The notes: generated from the letters alone by a model not told the origin. A stretch of 64,000 nucleotides of DNA from Vulcanimicrobiota bacterium (GCA_963812155.1 CAWETW010000003.1:1120001-1184000); one strand, 5' to 3'; counted from the stretch's first letter, positions 38,733 through 49,361 are shown. A program made the numbers and translations.

Positions 38733-40526
38733 ATGATTCGCACGACATTGATGGTCGCTTTCGCCGGGTTTTTGAGCCTGGCGCTCCCGGCCGGGGCACA
38801 AACCGCACGCACGCCGGTGAGCGACGAGACGCAGCTTCCCCGCGTTTCGTATCCAATGCCAACCCCGCCGTCGGCATTCTTGACGGCGAGCGATGCGTCG
38901 TTTGCGCCGTTTCTCGCTTCGGTCGAGGCGGACGTCGCTAAGACGCTTGCGACGTACGATATTCAAGACAAAGCGACGTTGCGGGACTACCTCGCGACGC
39001 AGTTGGCCGGCAATTTGTTGAACGGCGACGCCGCCGCAGTCCGTACGTCGGTGGCGCAGCTGCGCGCCGCCGAGACGAAGGCCGCGAGCGCGTTGCTGGC
39101 GGGCCGGCTGCAACTCGCATCGTTGTCTGGCGCCACGGGCTTCGCTGCCGCCGATCGCGCGGCGGTCGACGTGCTGCCGTGGAACGTGGTCGGCGATTCG
39201 GTGAAGGCAATGGCGGGCTTCGAACCAGTCCTGACGCGCGACGCGATCGCCGGCGGCGTTGCCCACGATCTCGATTCGATCGCAGCGAAAACCGGAACGC
39301 TCGACGGACCGTCCGCGAGGGAGCTGGTGCAGCGGCGCGCGCAGCTCCTGCTTCTCCCCTACTACCCGCAAGACGCGGACATCTTGGCGACCTACATTGC
39401 TAAGCACAACGTCACGAAGCCGGACATTTGGGGCACGCGCGACGTGACGCTCTCGTCTTCGCAGATCAAAGCGCCGGTCCTAATCGGGATTCTCGACTCC
39501 GGAGTCGATCCGCACGACTACGGCGCGTTGATGTACGGCGGTGCGACGGCTGCGCAGCACGGTCTAGCATTTGCCGACGACGGTACGGCGTCGACATCGG
39601 ATACGTTCCCGCTGCCGCCCGATGTGGCGGCCGATTATCCGCGGCTCGTCAAGTTGATGACCGGCACGAGCGACATGGAGAGCGGCGTTATCTCGGCGGA
39701 GGCGCGCAGTGCCGCAACCTACCTGCGCTCGCTGAATGCGACGCAGCGCGATGCGTTCGAGCGCGAGATGGACTTCGTGGATGAATACGCGCATGGGTCG
39801 CACGTCGCCGGGATCGCGTCGCGCGGGAATCCGGGCGCGCGCATCGTCGTCCTTCGCTTCGACGATAATTTACCGAACCTGCCGTTTGCGCCGACGACCG
39901 AGTGGGCGAACCGAATGGCCGCCGACTTCTCGAGCATCGGCGCGTTTCTCCGCGACAGCCATGTCCGGGTCGTCAATATGAGCTGGGGCGACCAAGTCAG
40001 CGAGTTCGAAGAGTGGCTGGCGCGTACGGCCACGATTTCGAGTCCGGAAGAGCGCAAGACGAAGGCACAAGAGTTGTATTCGATTTGGCGCACGGCGATC
40101 GCGAACATGATTGCCGATACGCCGGAAACGCTCTTTGTGGCGGCCGCGGGAAATGGCGACAACGACGCGAGCTTTGCCCAGGACGTTCCGGCATCGTTGA
40201 CCTACGCGAATCTCCTCACGGTTGGCGCCGTCAATCAAGCAGGTGAGGCGACGAGCTTCACGAGCTACGGGCCGACCGTAGCCGTCTATGCCGACGGCTT
40301 TCATGTGCCCAGCAAAATTCCGCAGGGCTACACGGTGAAGTTTTCAGGTACCTCGATGGCGGCACCCAACGTGACGAATCTCGCGGCGAAGTTGTTTGCG
40401 CTCGATCCCAGTCTGACGCCTGGGCAGGTGCGCGATCTGATCGTTCGCGGCGCGACGCCGGTAAGCGGCTCGAATCTCAAACTCATCGATCCGAAACAAA
40501 GCGCCACGCTATTACGGAAAACGTAG
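38733..40526 (+). CDS. S8 subtilisin-like serine peptidase, secreted
   Basis: ILDSG, HGSHVAG, AAGN and GTSMAAP triad motifs; signal peptide. Confidence 0.92.
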   Translation: MIRTTLMVAFAGFLSLALPAGAQTARTPVSDETQLPRVSYPMPTPPSAFLTASDASFAPFLASVEADVAKTLATYDIQDKATLRDYLATQLAGNLLNGDAAAVRTSVAQLRAAETKAASALLAGRLQLASLSGATGFAAADRAAVDVLPWNVVGDSVKAMAGFEPVLTRDAIAGGVAHDLDSIAAKTGTLDGPSARELVQRRAQLLLLPYYPQDADILATYIAKHNVTKPDIWGTRDVTLSSSQIKAPVLIGILDSGVDPHDYGALMYGGATAAQHGLAFADDGTASTSDTFPLPPDVAADYPRLVKLMTGTSDMESGVISAEARSAATYLRSLNATQRDAFEREMDFVDEYAHGSHVAGIASRGNPGARIVVLRFDDNLPNLPFAPTTEWANRMAADFSSIGAFLRDSHVRVVNMSWGDQVSEFEEWLARTATISSPEERKTKAQELYSIWRTAIANMIADTPETLFVAAAGNGDNDASFAQDVPASLTYANLLTVGAVNQAGEATSFTSYGPTVAVYADGFHVPSKIPQGYTVKFSGTSMAAPNVTNLAAKLFALDPSLTPGQVRDLIVRGATPVSGSNLKLIDPKQSATLLRKT

Positions 40527-40581
40527 CGCTCGAACTACACGTCTGAAATGTCGACGACGAGGCCGGGAAGTTCGAAAACGC

Positions 40582-41154
40582 TTACAGTAGAAACGGAACG
40601 AGCATTTTCGTTCGCTTGACGTAGGCGGGATACTCCTTCGGGAACTGCTTTATCATACTTCGCTCTTCAGCTTTAGCAGCATAGGCGAAATACGCTAAGA
40701 AAACTCCGAGCAGAAGGATCCTTGGGAACCAATTTACGAGCGTCGATCCGGTGAATGCGAGCAGGATGCCGGTGTAAATCGGATGCCGCACGTAGGCGTA
40801 CGGACCCGTAGTCACGAGTTCGTGCCGCACGCGTAGGGACATGGGCATGCCCCAATTCCGTCCGAGATGCGTTCGTGCCCAGATTGCAATGGCGATTCCA
40901 AGCGCACAGATCCCGACGCCGACGCTCCCCGTAACGATGCCGACACTCGTTACGGCGTGGGGTGCGTGCGTCCCGACTTGTCCGCGGAATGACATCCGCA
41001 GCAACAAAATGATTCCGAAGGCGAGCGCCGTGCAAAAAATCGCTCCCTTCCACCATGTTCCGCCGGCGTTCCGCTTTGCGAGCATCGCTGCGACGAGCCA
41101 GTAGATAATGAGGATGAGCCATAGGCCCGTCGTCGCTTGGGCGAACGTAATCAT
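40582..41154 (-). CDS. Isoprenylcysteine carboxylmethyltransferase family membrane protein
   Basis: HELVTTGPYAYVRHPIY and EE..M...F..EY..Y motifs. Confidence 0.88.
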   Translation of the reverse strand: MITFAQATTGLWLILIIYWLVAAMLAKRNAGGTWWKGAIFCTALAFGIILLLRMSFRGQVGTHAPHAVTSVGIVTGSVGVGICALGIAIAIWARTHLGRNWGMPMSLRVRHELVTTGPYAYVRHPIYTGILLAFTGSTLVNWFPRILLLGVFLAYFAYAAKAEERSMIKQFPKEYPAYVKRTKMLVPFLL

Positions 41155-41435
41155 GTGTAACCGCGCGAGCGAAGCCATGCCGGCATGCACTTGTCTTACG
41201 AGAGTGCCATCGCCGAAGTTTCATGGCTTTGCCGTGCGGTGACAGTTTGCAGGTTTCGAGCCGCTAGTTGTACGTGTGGCCGCTATTGGTGCTATAGGTG
41301 ACGCCTGCCGGGGAGATGCTCGTGATCTTCCAGATCAGGTCGCCGGCGATGTCGGTCTTACCCTTCCCTTCTCCATTGGGGCCGATCGTGGTTTCCCGGC
41401 AGGCCGAGAATTTTCAAACGCGAACGGGCGCGCCC

Positions 41436-41933
41436 ATGAGTAGCGAATCACCGATGGAACGCATCGCTCGGGAACAAGACAGGATCGACACCGACGCGGC
41501 GCCCGATCGCGACCGCAGGAACCGCGAGTTGAAAGAGCACGCAGACGCGGCCGCACCGGTAGTGGCGGAAGAGATCGCGGCCATGCTCGACCGCTTCATG
41601 GGCAAAGGAAGCTCCGACTTTCAGCAGCTCAGCGAAGACTTTGGATCTCCGCGCCGGCGTCGATTCACGCTTGAGAAGCGGAGCGACGTCGCGGGTTTCT
41701 GGGCAACCATCGAGCTCGAGGTTTTGATCCAGGACACCACGCCCATTACGTACGATCTGCGGGCCGGTGTCTTTTGTGAGCTTAGCGCCGAACGTCGATC
41801 GGCGACGCGCTCGTTGCGAGTCACACGCGGCGAGGACGATGTTCCACATCTCGATGAAACGTCGCTCGCGGAAATCATTCCAAAGCTGCGAGCGCAACTC
41901 GTAAAGGCGGAACGCGAGAGTCTCGATCACTAG
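41436..41933 (+). CDS. Hypothetical protein
   Basis: ORF with protein-like composition; start uncertain. Confidence 0.55.
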   Translation: MSSESPMERIAREQDRIDTDAAPDRDRRNRELKEHADAAAPVVAEEIAAMLDRFMGKGSSDFQQLSEDFGSPRRRRFTLEKRSDVAGFWATIELEVLIQDTTPITYDLRAGVFCELSAERRSATRSLRVTRGEDDVPHLDETSLAEIIPKLRAQLVKAERESLDH

Positions 41934-42039
41934 ATAACACGGCCCGGCGACTCGACTGCGCCGCCATACTGCGATGAATCCGCTAAGCTGCGTTGCATTG
42001 CCTATGGAGCAGCGACCTGCTCAAATGAGGTGTTCGGAT

Positions 42040-42280
42040 ATGTCTCTCGAGCTGTGGGATACAGTTGTCGACCGTTGGCACGTTTCTCGTCATAACGGCA
42101 ACGGCTCTAGCCGCTATCGTGCAACTACGTCACATGCGCGGCGGCAACCAGATTGTCTTGTCCCAAGATTGGACTGCCGCGCTCTCGGACGGCAACTACC
42201 CTCACAACGTTCGCCGAATCGACCTTTCCAACGAATTCCACAGCGCCGACGAGCAGTATGCGGCTGCACTTGAAAAATAA
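42040..42280 (+). pseudogene. Internally deleted, frameshifted paralogue of 28853-29383
   Basis: GAGGTG RBS + MSLELW; AAIVQLRHMRGGNQ joined almost directly to the C-terminal GNYP motif. Confidence 0.7.
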
Positions 42281-42292
42281 CGCGGGTACGGA

Positions 42293-45200
42293 TTAGACGG
42301 CGGGAGCCTGCTGCAGGCGATCGGCTTCGGGGAGCAACGCGTTGACCGCTTGAAGCGGATCGTACGACGAGACGGCAGCGAGCGATTCCTCGCTCGCGTC
42401 GCGGCGGGCGGCGCGGAGCGCGTCGATGGCGTCGGGAAGCGCAAACTGCTCGCCGACGACGGTGGCAATGAAGCGTCCGCCGCGGATTTCGCCGCGCGCC
42501 TCCATGCGGCGCAGCGCCATCAGGAGGTCGCGCCATCGGGGCGCCAGCGCCTCGCGCGCAATAACGTCGCGGTAGACGACGCCCCACCGACTGAGCAGCC
42601 GGCGTGCGAAAAGATCGGGATCGATGCGCTGCGTCGCCGGCTGCAGTCGCGTCCAGCGTCCGCTCGAAGAACGCGGGCGTGCGCGCAGCCCTTTCTCGCC
42701 TAAGCGCCGTTTCGCGTCGATGAGCGAGCGGAGCGCGTCGAAGCCGTCGGCGGTGACGAGCCCGGCGGCGACGAGTTGCCACAACGCTTCCTCGACTTCG
42801 GCCGGAATGCGTTTGACGGCACGCGCGATTTCGGAGAAGAAGGGCGCGCGACGATCGTCGATCGCCGCCAGCACGTCGCGCGCGGCTTGCGAGAGCCCCT
42901 CGTATTCGTAGTCGTCGACACGCGCGACGAGTTCTTCGGCCGAAGCGCGCGCGAAGAGGCTGACGGGCGCGAGTTTCGTCGGGCGGACGCGGCGCTTGCG
43001 TTCGCGATCGTTCGGCGTGAGTGCCGGATGCGGCGAGAGGCGTCCCCACATGACGTCGCCGGAGTAGCACAGGCGGTCGAGGTATTCGGGTTTGTAGCCG
43101 GCGACGCGGCGCGGGAGGATTTGCGTCTCCCACGCGGCCGCCGGTATTTCGTAGCCTTCGAGTTGGCGAATTGCTTGCAGCGTGCCGTCGATGCCGTGCA
43201 GCCGCGTGTTGGGTGCGACGTGTTGCCAGCGATAGAGGAAACGCGCGTATGCGGCGCTCGTTACGGGTTCGATTTCGCGCCGGAGCTGGCCGATCGTCAA
43301 GCGATGAATGCGTGCGAGGACGCGCCGGTTGCACCATTCCTCGGCGTGGTTGCCGCGGAATCGGCCGCGCAGCACTTGGCCTTCGGTTTCGAGGCGCAGC
43401 ATCGCGGTTGAGATCGCATCGGGTTCGAGCGACAGGCGCTCGGCGAGTTCGGCGATCGTCGTCGGGCCGCTGCACTCGAGCCACCCGCGCACGATTTCGA
43501 GGATCGCACCGTCGCGGTCGTCCGGTAAGGGCATGCCGGCAACGGCAGCGATTTGCGGTTGCAGGGTCGCGTCGGGGTACGCGAGGCGGGCGAGTGCGAG
43601 TCGCTCTGCACAGACCCACAACGCCGTGGTCCCTGCGTTCAGCGTTGCGGCACGGCGTTGCGCGACGAGTTCGTCGAAGTAATGCTTCCATTCGTCCTTC
43701 GACTGCGCCGCGAGCCTGTGCTGAGCGGAGCGCAGCGTAGTCGAAGTGCGGCTTCGCTCAGGATGACACAGTTGTTCGCGGCTTCGCTCAGGATGACATA
43801 CGATTAGGGTGGCGAGGGCGTCGTGTAGTTCGTCGGCGTCGCGCACGACCGGCCACGATTCTTGCGTGACTTCCTCGATCGCGGCGGGATCGAGAATGCC
43901 GGCGCCGGCGACGTCGTCGCGCGTCGTGCGCCGCAACTGCACTGCGCGGGCGCGGCGCTCTTCGAGCGGGGCATCGTCGAGGTAGGCGAACGGATTGGCG
44001 TTGAGGATCTCGTGGCAAAAGACCGACGGCTCCGCAGTATCGATTGCTACGGTTCGGATCGCGCCCGATTCGACGTCGCGAAGGATGCGTTGCAAGCCAT
44101 CGAGATCCATCGCTTCGTGCAAACAGTTGGCGATCGTTTCGCGGACGAGCACGTGATCGGGGATGCGAATCGGTCCGGTGAGATTCTCGGGGCAGGCGGC
44201 TTGGTCGGGAAAGACGGCCGCAAGCAAATCGTTTGCGCGCATACGCAGCAGTTGCGGCGGCACCTTGCGGCCGCTGCGCATGCGGGCGATGGCGAGCGCG
44301 CGGGTGGCGTTCCAACGCCAGCGTGCTTCGAACATCGGCGCGGGCAGCAACGCCTGTGTGAGGACCTGCTCGACGCTGGCCGCCTTAAGATACTCGAAGA
44401 CGGCGTCGAGCGGAAAAGCGTGTTGCTCGGCGAGCGAAATGACGATGCCGTTGTCGGTCGCCGCGGCCTGAAGTTCGAAGTTGAAACCGACACAGAAGCG
44501 TTTGCGCAGCGCTAATCCCCACGCACGATTGATGCGCGCGCCGAACGGCGCGTGCAGAATGAGTTGCATGCCGCCGCCTTCGTCGAAGAAGCGTTCGGCG
44601 ACGATCGTACGATCGGTCGGAACGACGCCCAGCCCGGCTTTGCCGGCGCGTACGTAGGCGACGGACTGCTCCGCGGCGATGCGATCCAGACCACAGTGTT
44701 CGACGAGTAACGCGTGGGCTTGCTCGTCGTCGCGTTCGTCGATGTCCTTTCGCAGGCGCGCGACCTCATGCGAGAGTTCGACCGTGCGTCCGAGCCCCTC
44801 GCCGTTCCAAAACGGGATTGTCGGCGGCGATCCGTGCGCGTCTTCGACGCGGACGACGCCGTTTTCCACGCGCCGAATGCGCCACGAGTTCGTTCCCAGT
44901 AGGAAGATGTCACCGGCCATGCTCTCGACGGCAAAATCTTCGTCGAGCGTTCCGACGACGTGCCCGTCGGGTTCCGCGACGACGGCATAGTTGGCGGTGT
45001 CGGGAATCGCGCCGCCGCAGGTCATCGCGGTGATGCGCGCGCCGCGCCGCGCCCGCAGGATGCCATTGACGCGGTCGTAGTGAAGAAACGTGCCGCTGCG
45101 CCCGCGCGAGGTGGCGACGCCATCGGCGAGCAGCGCGACGACGGAGTCGAAATCATTGCGCGGGAGATTTCGGTAGGGGTAGGTCGAGCGTGCTAAGTCG

Positions 45201-46480
45201 TAGAGCGCGTCGGCCTTCCACTCGTGGGCGGCGCACGCGGCGACGATTTGCTGCGCGAGAATGTCGAGCGGGGCGTCGGGCACGTCGAGGGCGTCGATCT
45301 CGCCGCCGCGCAGAGCGCGCACGAGCGCCGCGCATTCCAGTAACTCGTCGCGGGTCGTGGCGAAGATGGTGCCGCGCGGCAGCGCGCCGATCCAGTGGCC
45401 CGAGCGGCCGATGCGCTGCAGCGCCGTCGAGATCGAGCGCGGTGTGCCCAACTGCACGACGAGATCGATCGTGCCGATGTCGATGCCGAGTTCGAGCGAT
45501 GCGGTGGCGACGACCGCGCGCAACGTGCCGTTCTTGAGGAGGTTTTCGGCGTCGAACCGCATTTCGCGGGCTAAGCTGCCGTGATGCGGCATGACGACGC
45601 CTTCGCCGAGGCGCTTTTCGAGCGCGAACGCGACGCGCTCGCTCATGCGGCGCGTGGGCACGAAGACGAGCGTCGTGCGGTTGGCGAGAATCTTCTCGGC
45701 GAGGCGATCGTAGATTTCCGCCCACATCTCGCCGCTGGCGACCGCGCCGAGCTCCTCGGTGGGGATTTCAACGGAAAGCGCCATTTCGCGACGGCTGCCG
45801 ACGTCGGCGATGGTGACGTTCGGGCCGAGGAATTCCGCGATGCGGTCGAGCGGACGAACGGTTGCGGAGAGGCCGATGCGCTGCGGTTTCGGCTTGCCGC
45901 CGGCCGTGACGAGCGCGTCCAGGCGAGCGAGCGTCAAGAGTAGATGCGCGCCGCGTTTGCTGTTGGCGACGGCGTGAATTTCGTCGACGATGACGGTCGT
46001 GACGTTGCCGAAGAGCGCGCGCGATTTTTCGGCGGTGAGGAGAATGTAGAGCGATTCCGGCGTCGTGACGAGCACGTGCGGAGGTTTGCGCAGCATGCGC
46101 GCGCGTTCGGATTGCGTCGTGTCGCCGGTTCGCACGGCCGTGCGGATTTCCCCAAGCGGCGCAAACTGCAGCGCCGCGCGTTCGACGAGTTCGCCGAGCG
46201 GCACCTCGAGATTCTTTCGAACGTCGTTGGTGAGGGCTTTCAGCGGCGAGACGTAAACAACGAGGGTTTCGTCGGGCAGTCCGTCGCCGGCGGCGCGGCG
46301 CACGAGATCGTCGAGGCAGATGGAAAACGCGGCCAGCGTCTTGCCCGATCCGGTCGGCGCGCAAATCAGGGTGTCGTTGCCCGCGCGAATCGACGGCCAT
46401 CCCCGGAGTTGCGGCTCCGTCGGCCGGCCGAAACGCTCGGCGAACCACTCGCCAAGCAGCGGGTGAAACGTTTCCAGCAC
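42293..46480 (-). CDS. lhr: Lhr-like ATP-dependent DEAD/DEAH helicase (long form)
   Basis: APTGSGKT, DEIH, SAT, HHGSL, QRIGRSGH and C-terminal RGEIRGGRF...GEQFALP motifs; GTG start at 46480. Confidence 0.9.
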   Translation of the reverse strand: MLETFHPLLGEWFAERFGRPTEPQLRGWPSIRAGNDTLICAPTGSGKTLAAFSICLDDLVRRAAGDGLPDETLVVYVSPLKALTNDVRKNLEVPLGELVERAALQFAPLGEIRTAVRTGDTTQSERARMLRKPPHVLVTTPESLYILLTAEKSRALFGNVTTVIVDEIHAVANSKRGAHLLLTLARLDALVTAGGKPKPQRIGLSATVRPLDRIAEFLGPNVTIADVGSRREMALSVEIPTEELGAVASGEMWAEIYDRLAEKILANRTTLVFVPTRRMSERVAFALEKRLGEGVVMPHHGSLAREMRFDAENLLKNGTLRAVVATASLELGIDIGTIDLVVQLGTPRSISTALQRIGRSGHWIGALPRGTIFATTRDELLECAALVRALRGGEIDALDVPDAPLDILAQQIVAACAAHEWKADALYDLARSTYPYRNLPRNDFDSVVALLADGVATSRGRSGTFLHYDRVNGILRARRGARITAMTCGGAIPDTANYAVVAEPDGHVVGTLDEDFAVESMAGDIFLLGTNSWRIRRVENGVVRVEDAHGSPPTIPFWNGEGLGRTVELSHEVARLRKDIDERDDEQAHALLVEHCGLDRIAAEQSVAYVRAGKAGLGVVPTDRTIVAERFFDEGGGMQLILHAPFGARINRAWGLALRKRFCVGFNFELQAAATDNGIVISLAEQHAFPLDAVFEYLKAASVEQVLTQALLPAPMFEARWRWNATRALAIARMRSGRKVPPQLLRMRANDLLAAVFPDQAACPENLTGPIRIPDHVLVRETIANCLHEAMDLDGLQRILRDVESGAIRTVAIDTAEPSVFCHEILNANPFAYLDDAPLEERRARAVQLRRTTRDDVAGAGILDPAAIEEVTQESWPVVRDADELHDALATLIVCHPERSREQLCHPERSRTSTTLRSAQHRLAAQSKDEWKHYFDELVAQRRAATLNAGTTALWVCAERLALARLAYPDATLQPQIAAVAGMPLPDDRDGAILEIVRGWLECSGPTTIAELAERLSLEPDAISTAMLRLETEGQVLRGRFRGNHAEEWCNRRVLARIHRLTIGQLRREIEPVTSAAYARFLYRWQHVAPNTRLHGIDGTLQAIRQLEGYEIPAAAWETQILPRRVAGYKPEYLDRLCYSGDVMWGRLSPHPALTPNDRERKRRVRPTKLAPVSLFARASAEELVARVDDYEYEGLSQAARDVLAAIDDRRAPFFSEIARAVKRIPAEVEEALWQLVAAGLVTADGFDALRSLIDAKRRLGEKGLRARPRSSSGRWTRLQPATQRIDPDLFARRLLSRWGVVYRDVIAREALAPRWRDLLMALRRMEARGEIRGGRFIATVVGEQFALPDAIDALRAARRDASEESLAAVSSYDPLQAVNALLPEADRLQQAPAV
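43696..43798 (+). repeat. Composite palindromic repeat in frame within lhr
   Basis: CCTTCGACTGCG..., nested inverted copy, and GCGGCTTCGCTCAGGATGACA twice (43748-43768 and 43778-43798). Confidence 0.85.
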
Positions 46481-46532
46481 GGTCGTTAAGCGTAACCCTG
46501 ATTCACGCGGCGGCGTTTCAGTAATCCGTGCT

Positions 46533-47903
46533 CTAGTAGTCGTCGGGGTCGGCTTGCGAGACCGGCTCGCGCAGGAAGTCGGCGGCAGTGCGAGGGGCGG
46601 GGATGCGCGTGAAGCGGCGCGGTGGCGCACGGAAGTCGAAACAATCGGAGAGATCGTCGGCACGAAGATCGGTCGTCTCGAGGGACTCCAAGCCGAAGTT
46701 CCGTTCGAGGAACTTGAGAATGCTTCCGAACTCATGCTGCTGGTGCGAGACGTAGCCTTTCGGCGTAAACGGCGAGATCACGATGAGCGGCACGCGAAAG
46801 CCGAGCGAATAGGAATCGTAGTGTGTGGGTTTGACGTGATCGTACCAGCCGCCCCAGTCGTCCCACGTAACGAAAATTGCAGTGCTCTGCCAATACGGGC
46901 TCGTCCCGACGGCGTTGACGACGCTTGCAACCCACGACGGCCCCGTGCGTTCGGTGATTTGCGCGTGATCGGAGTTTGCGGCCGTCGGCGTGACGAACGT
47001 GACGGCGGCCAACTTCCGCGCGCGAACGTCCGAAATGAAACGCGACGGCGGATAGATGACGCTCGTCGCGTATCGTGGCCCGTTTCGAATTTGGCTGAAC
47101 GCGTCGGCTGCGTTCCAGAGGCCCGAACCTTCGTGCGCTTGATAGTATCGCCAATCGAGGTGCTTTGCGTCGAGCAGGCCGAAGATCGAGGGGCGGTCGA
47201 TGCAGGGAAACGTGTGCGCTCGTTCGCGGCCGTCGGGCGCGATGAGCGCCACGAGCGAACCCGCGGGGGAGTCGCACCCGCCAGTGGTGCCGCCTCGGGG
47301 CGTCAGCGGATTTTCGGCGATCCACAGATCGGAACCGCGCTGCGGCGACGAGGTTCCGGCGACGAGGTAGAGGTGCGCGGGAAAACTCGGACCTTCGTTG
47401 CTCTGGAACATTCGATCGGCGAACGCGTATTGTTCGGCCATTGCAAAGTACGGCCGCGTTTGCGACGGTTTTACGTAGGCGTAGGCGCGGGTGTCTTCCG
47501 GCGGGCATTTCCCGCTGCAGTTGGAGTGAACGGTGTCGAAGCCGTCCATCTTACCGCCGTCGTAAGACTTCACGAAGGCGTCGTGTCTATGCGACAGACC
47601 GTACGTTGCGCTCAAACTGACGGGGACGAACGGCACCATCTGTCCGTGCGAGTTCAGTCCGCTGCGCACCGTATCGGCACCGGGCAATCCGTTGAATAGG
47701 TTGTCGGTCGTGCGGTTTTCCTGGACGACGATGACGACGTGTTGGAAGGTTTGTGTCTGGCCGTCAAGGAGCGTGCTGCCGAAGCTCGCACTGTGAGGAA
47801 TTGGGGGCGTCTGCGACGACGAACACGCGCATACGGCGATCACAAGTGAGAGCGCGCACGTGCGCGGCACGTGACGAAACGAAGCCACGTTCACGAATGT
47901 CAA
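46533..47903 (-). CDS. Phosphoesterase/phospholipase C family lipoprotein (paralogue 3)
   Basis: QENRTTDNLF, GPSFPAH and WDDWGGWYDHV; AAGGA + TTG start. Confidence 0.88.
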   Translation of the reverse strand: MTFVNVASFRHVPRTCALSLVIAVCACSSSQTPPIPHSASFGSTLLDGQTQTFQHVVIVVQENRTTDNLFNGLPGADTVRSGLNSHGQMVPFVPVSLSATYGLSHRHDAFVKSYDGGKMDGFDTVHSNCSGKCPPEDTRAYAYVKPSQTRPYFAMAEQYAFADRMFQSNEGPSFPAHLYLVAGTSSPQRGSDLWIAENPLTPRGGTTGGCDSPAGSLVALIAPDGRERAHTFPCIDRPSIFGLLDAKHLDWRYYQAHEGSGLWNAADAFSQIRNGPRYATSVIYPPSRFISDVRARKLAAVTFVTPTAANSDHAQITERTGPSWVASVVNAVGTSPYWQSTAIFVTWDDWGGWYDHVKPTHYDSYSLGFRVPLIVISPFTPKGYVSHQQHEFGSILKFLERNFGLESLETTDLRADDLSDCFDFRAPPRRFTRIPAPRTAADFLREPVSQADPDDY

Positions 47904-48028
47904 TGTATTCCTTGCAACCGAGCGGGCGCCGGTCTCCTGCCGGCCCTGCCGTCGCTTTCGCATCCGGCCATGGCGAGCCTCCGCCGGCGGACCGGGACAA
48001 CGCCGTGCGTTTCCTCGAATAGGCTGGT

Positions 48029-49361
48029 ATGGCAATGCAATGGAAACGCGCCGCAGCGGCGCTCGTTTTTGCCGCCGCAGGGTGTGGCGGCCACATGCAG
48101 CCGGCGTCGTCGTCCTCAGACGATGCCTCGCAAGTCCTCGGACCGGCAATGCAGTTGAAGCCGAATTCGTCCCAGATCAAGTACATCGTCATGATCGTTC
48201 AAGAGAACCGGACGCCCGACAATCTCTTTCAAGGGCTCAAAGGCGCCGATATCGCGAGCAGCGGATTAAATTCGTTTGGTCAAACCGTAAAGTTGCACGA
48301 CGCGCCGTTAGAAGTCGATTACGACATGAACCACCAACACGAAGCGTTCGTCATCGAATGGCAAAACGGCAAGATGGACGGCTTCAACCTCGACGAGCAC
48401 AAGGGTCGCTGCACCGACGCGCGGACGTGCGCCTACGGATACGTCCCGAAAAACGAGACGCAGCCGTATCTCGACCTGGCATCGCAGTACGCGTTCGCCG
48501 ATCGGATGTTCTCGAGCAACCAAGGTCCGAGCTTTCCGGCGCACCAGTACATCATTTCCGGAACGTCGGCGACCGACAGCACCGGAAAGTACAAGGCGGC
48601 CGACAATCCGTACAGCCGTCACGGATCCAACGGCGGCGGGTGCGATGCGGCCAAGCACGTTTTGGTCGACACGATCGACAAACAAGGCCTGATCGGCAAT
48701 CCGGTTTTCCCGTGTTTCGAGCGTCAGACGCTCGGCGATCTGCTCGACCAAAAAGCGGTGAGTTGGCGCTACTACCAAACCGGGCTCGGAGTCGGGCTGT
48801 GGCATCCGTTCGATGCGATCAGACACATCCGGTACGGACAGGATTACCAGCAACGTCGTGAGTCCGTCGAGCCAAGTGCTCGCCGACATCGCGACCGGGC
48901 ACCTCGCGCAAGTGTCGTGGGTCTCGCCGGCAGGCAGCGACAGCGACCACTCCGGCGAACGCTCGGCCGGAGGCCCTGCTTGGGTTTCCTCGATCGTCAA
49001 TGCGCTCGGAGCGAGTAAATACTGGAACCAGTGCGCGATCTTCGTTACGTGGGACGACTGGGGTGGATGGTACGACCACGTTCCGCCGCCGATCTTCAAT
49101 AGCTACGAGCTCGGCTTCCGCGTGCCGCTGCTCGCGATTTCTCCGTACGCGAAGAGCGGTTACGTTTCGGAGACGCAATACGAATTCGGCAGCTTGCTCA
49201 AGTTTGTAGAGCAGACGTTCGGCACGGGATCGCTCAACACGACCGACGCGCGCGCGAATTCGGTCGGCGACATGTTCAATTTCAACCAGCGTCCGCGGTC
49301 GTTCGTGCGAATCGAGGCGCCCAAGCTCGTCATCGACCCCAGCGTCCCCGATTCGGACTGA
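48029..49361 (+). CDS. Phosphoesterase/phospholipase C family lipoprotein (paralogue 4); frameshift at about 48848
   Basis: QENRTPDNLF and GPSFPAH in one frame; WDDWGGWYDHV in the other; lipobox AAGC. Confidence 0.85.
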
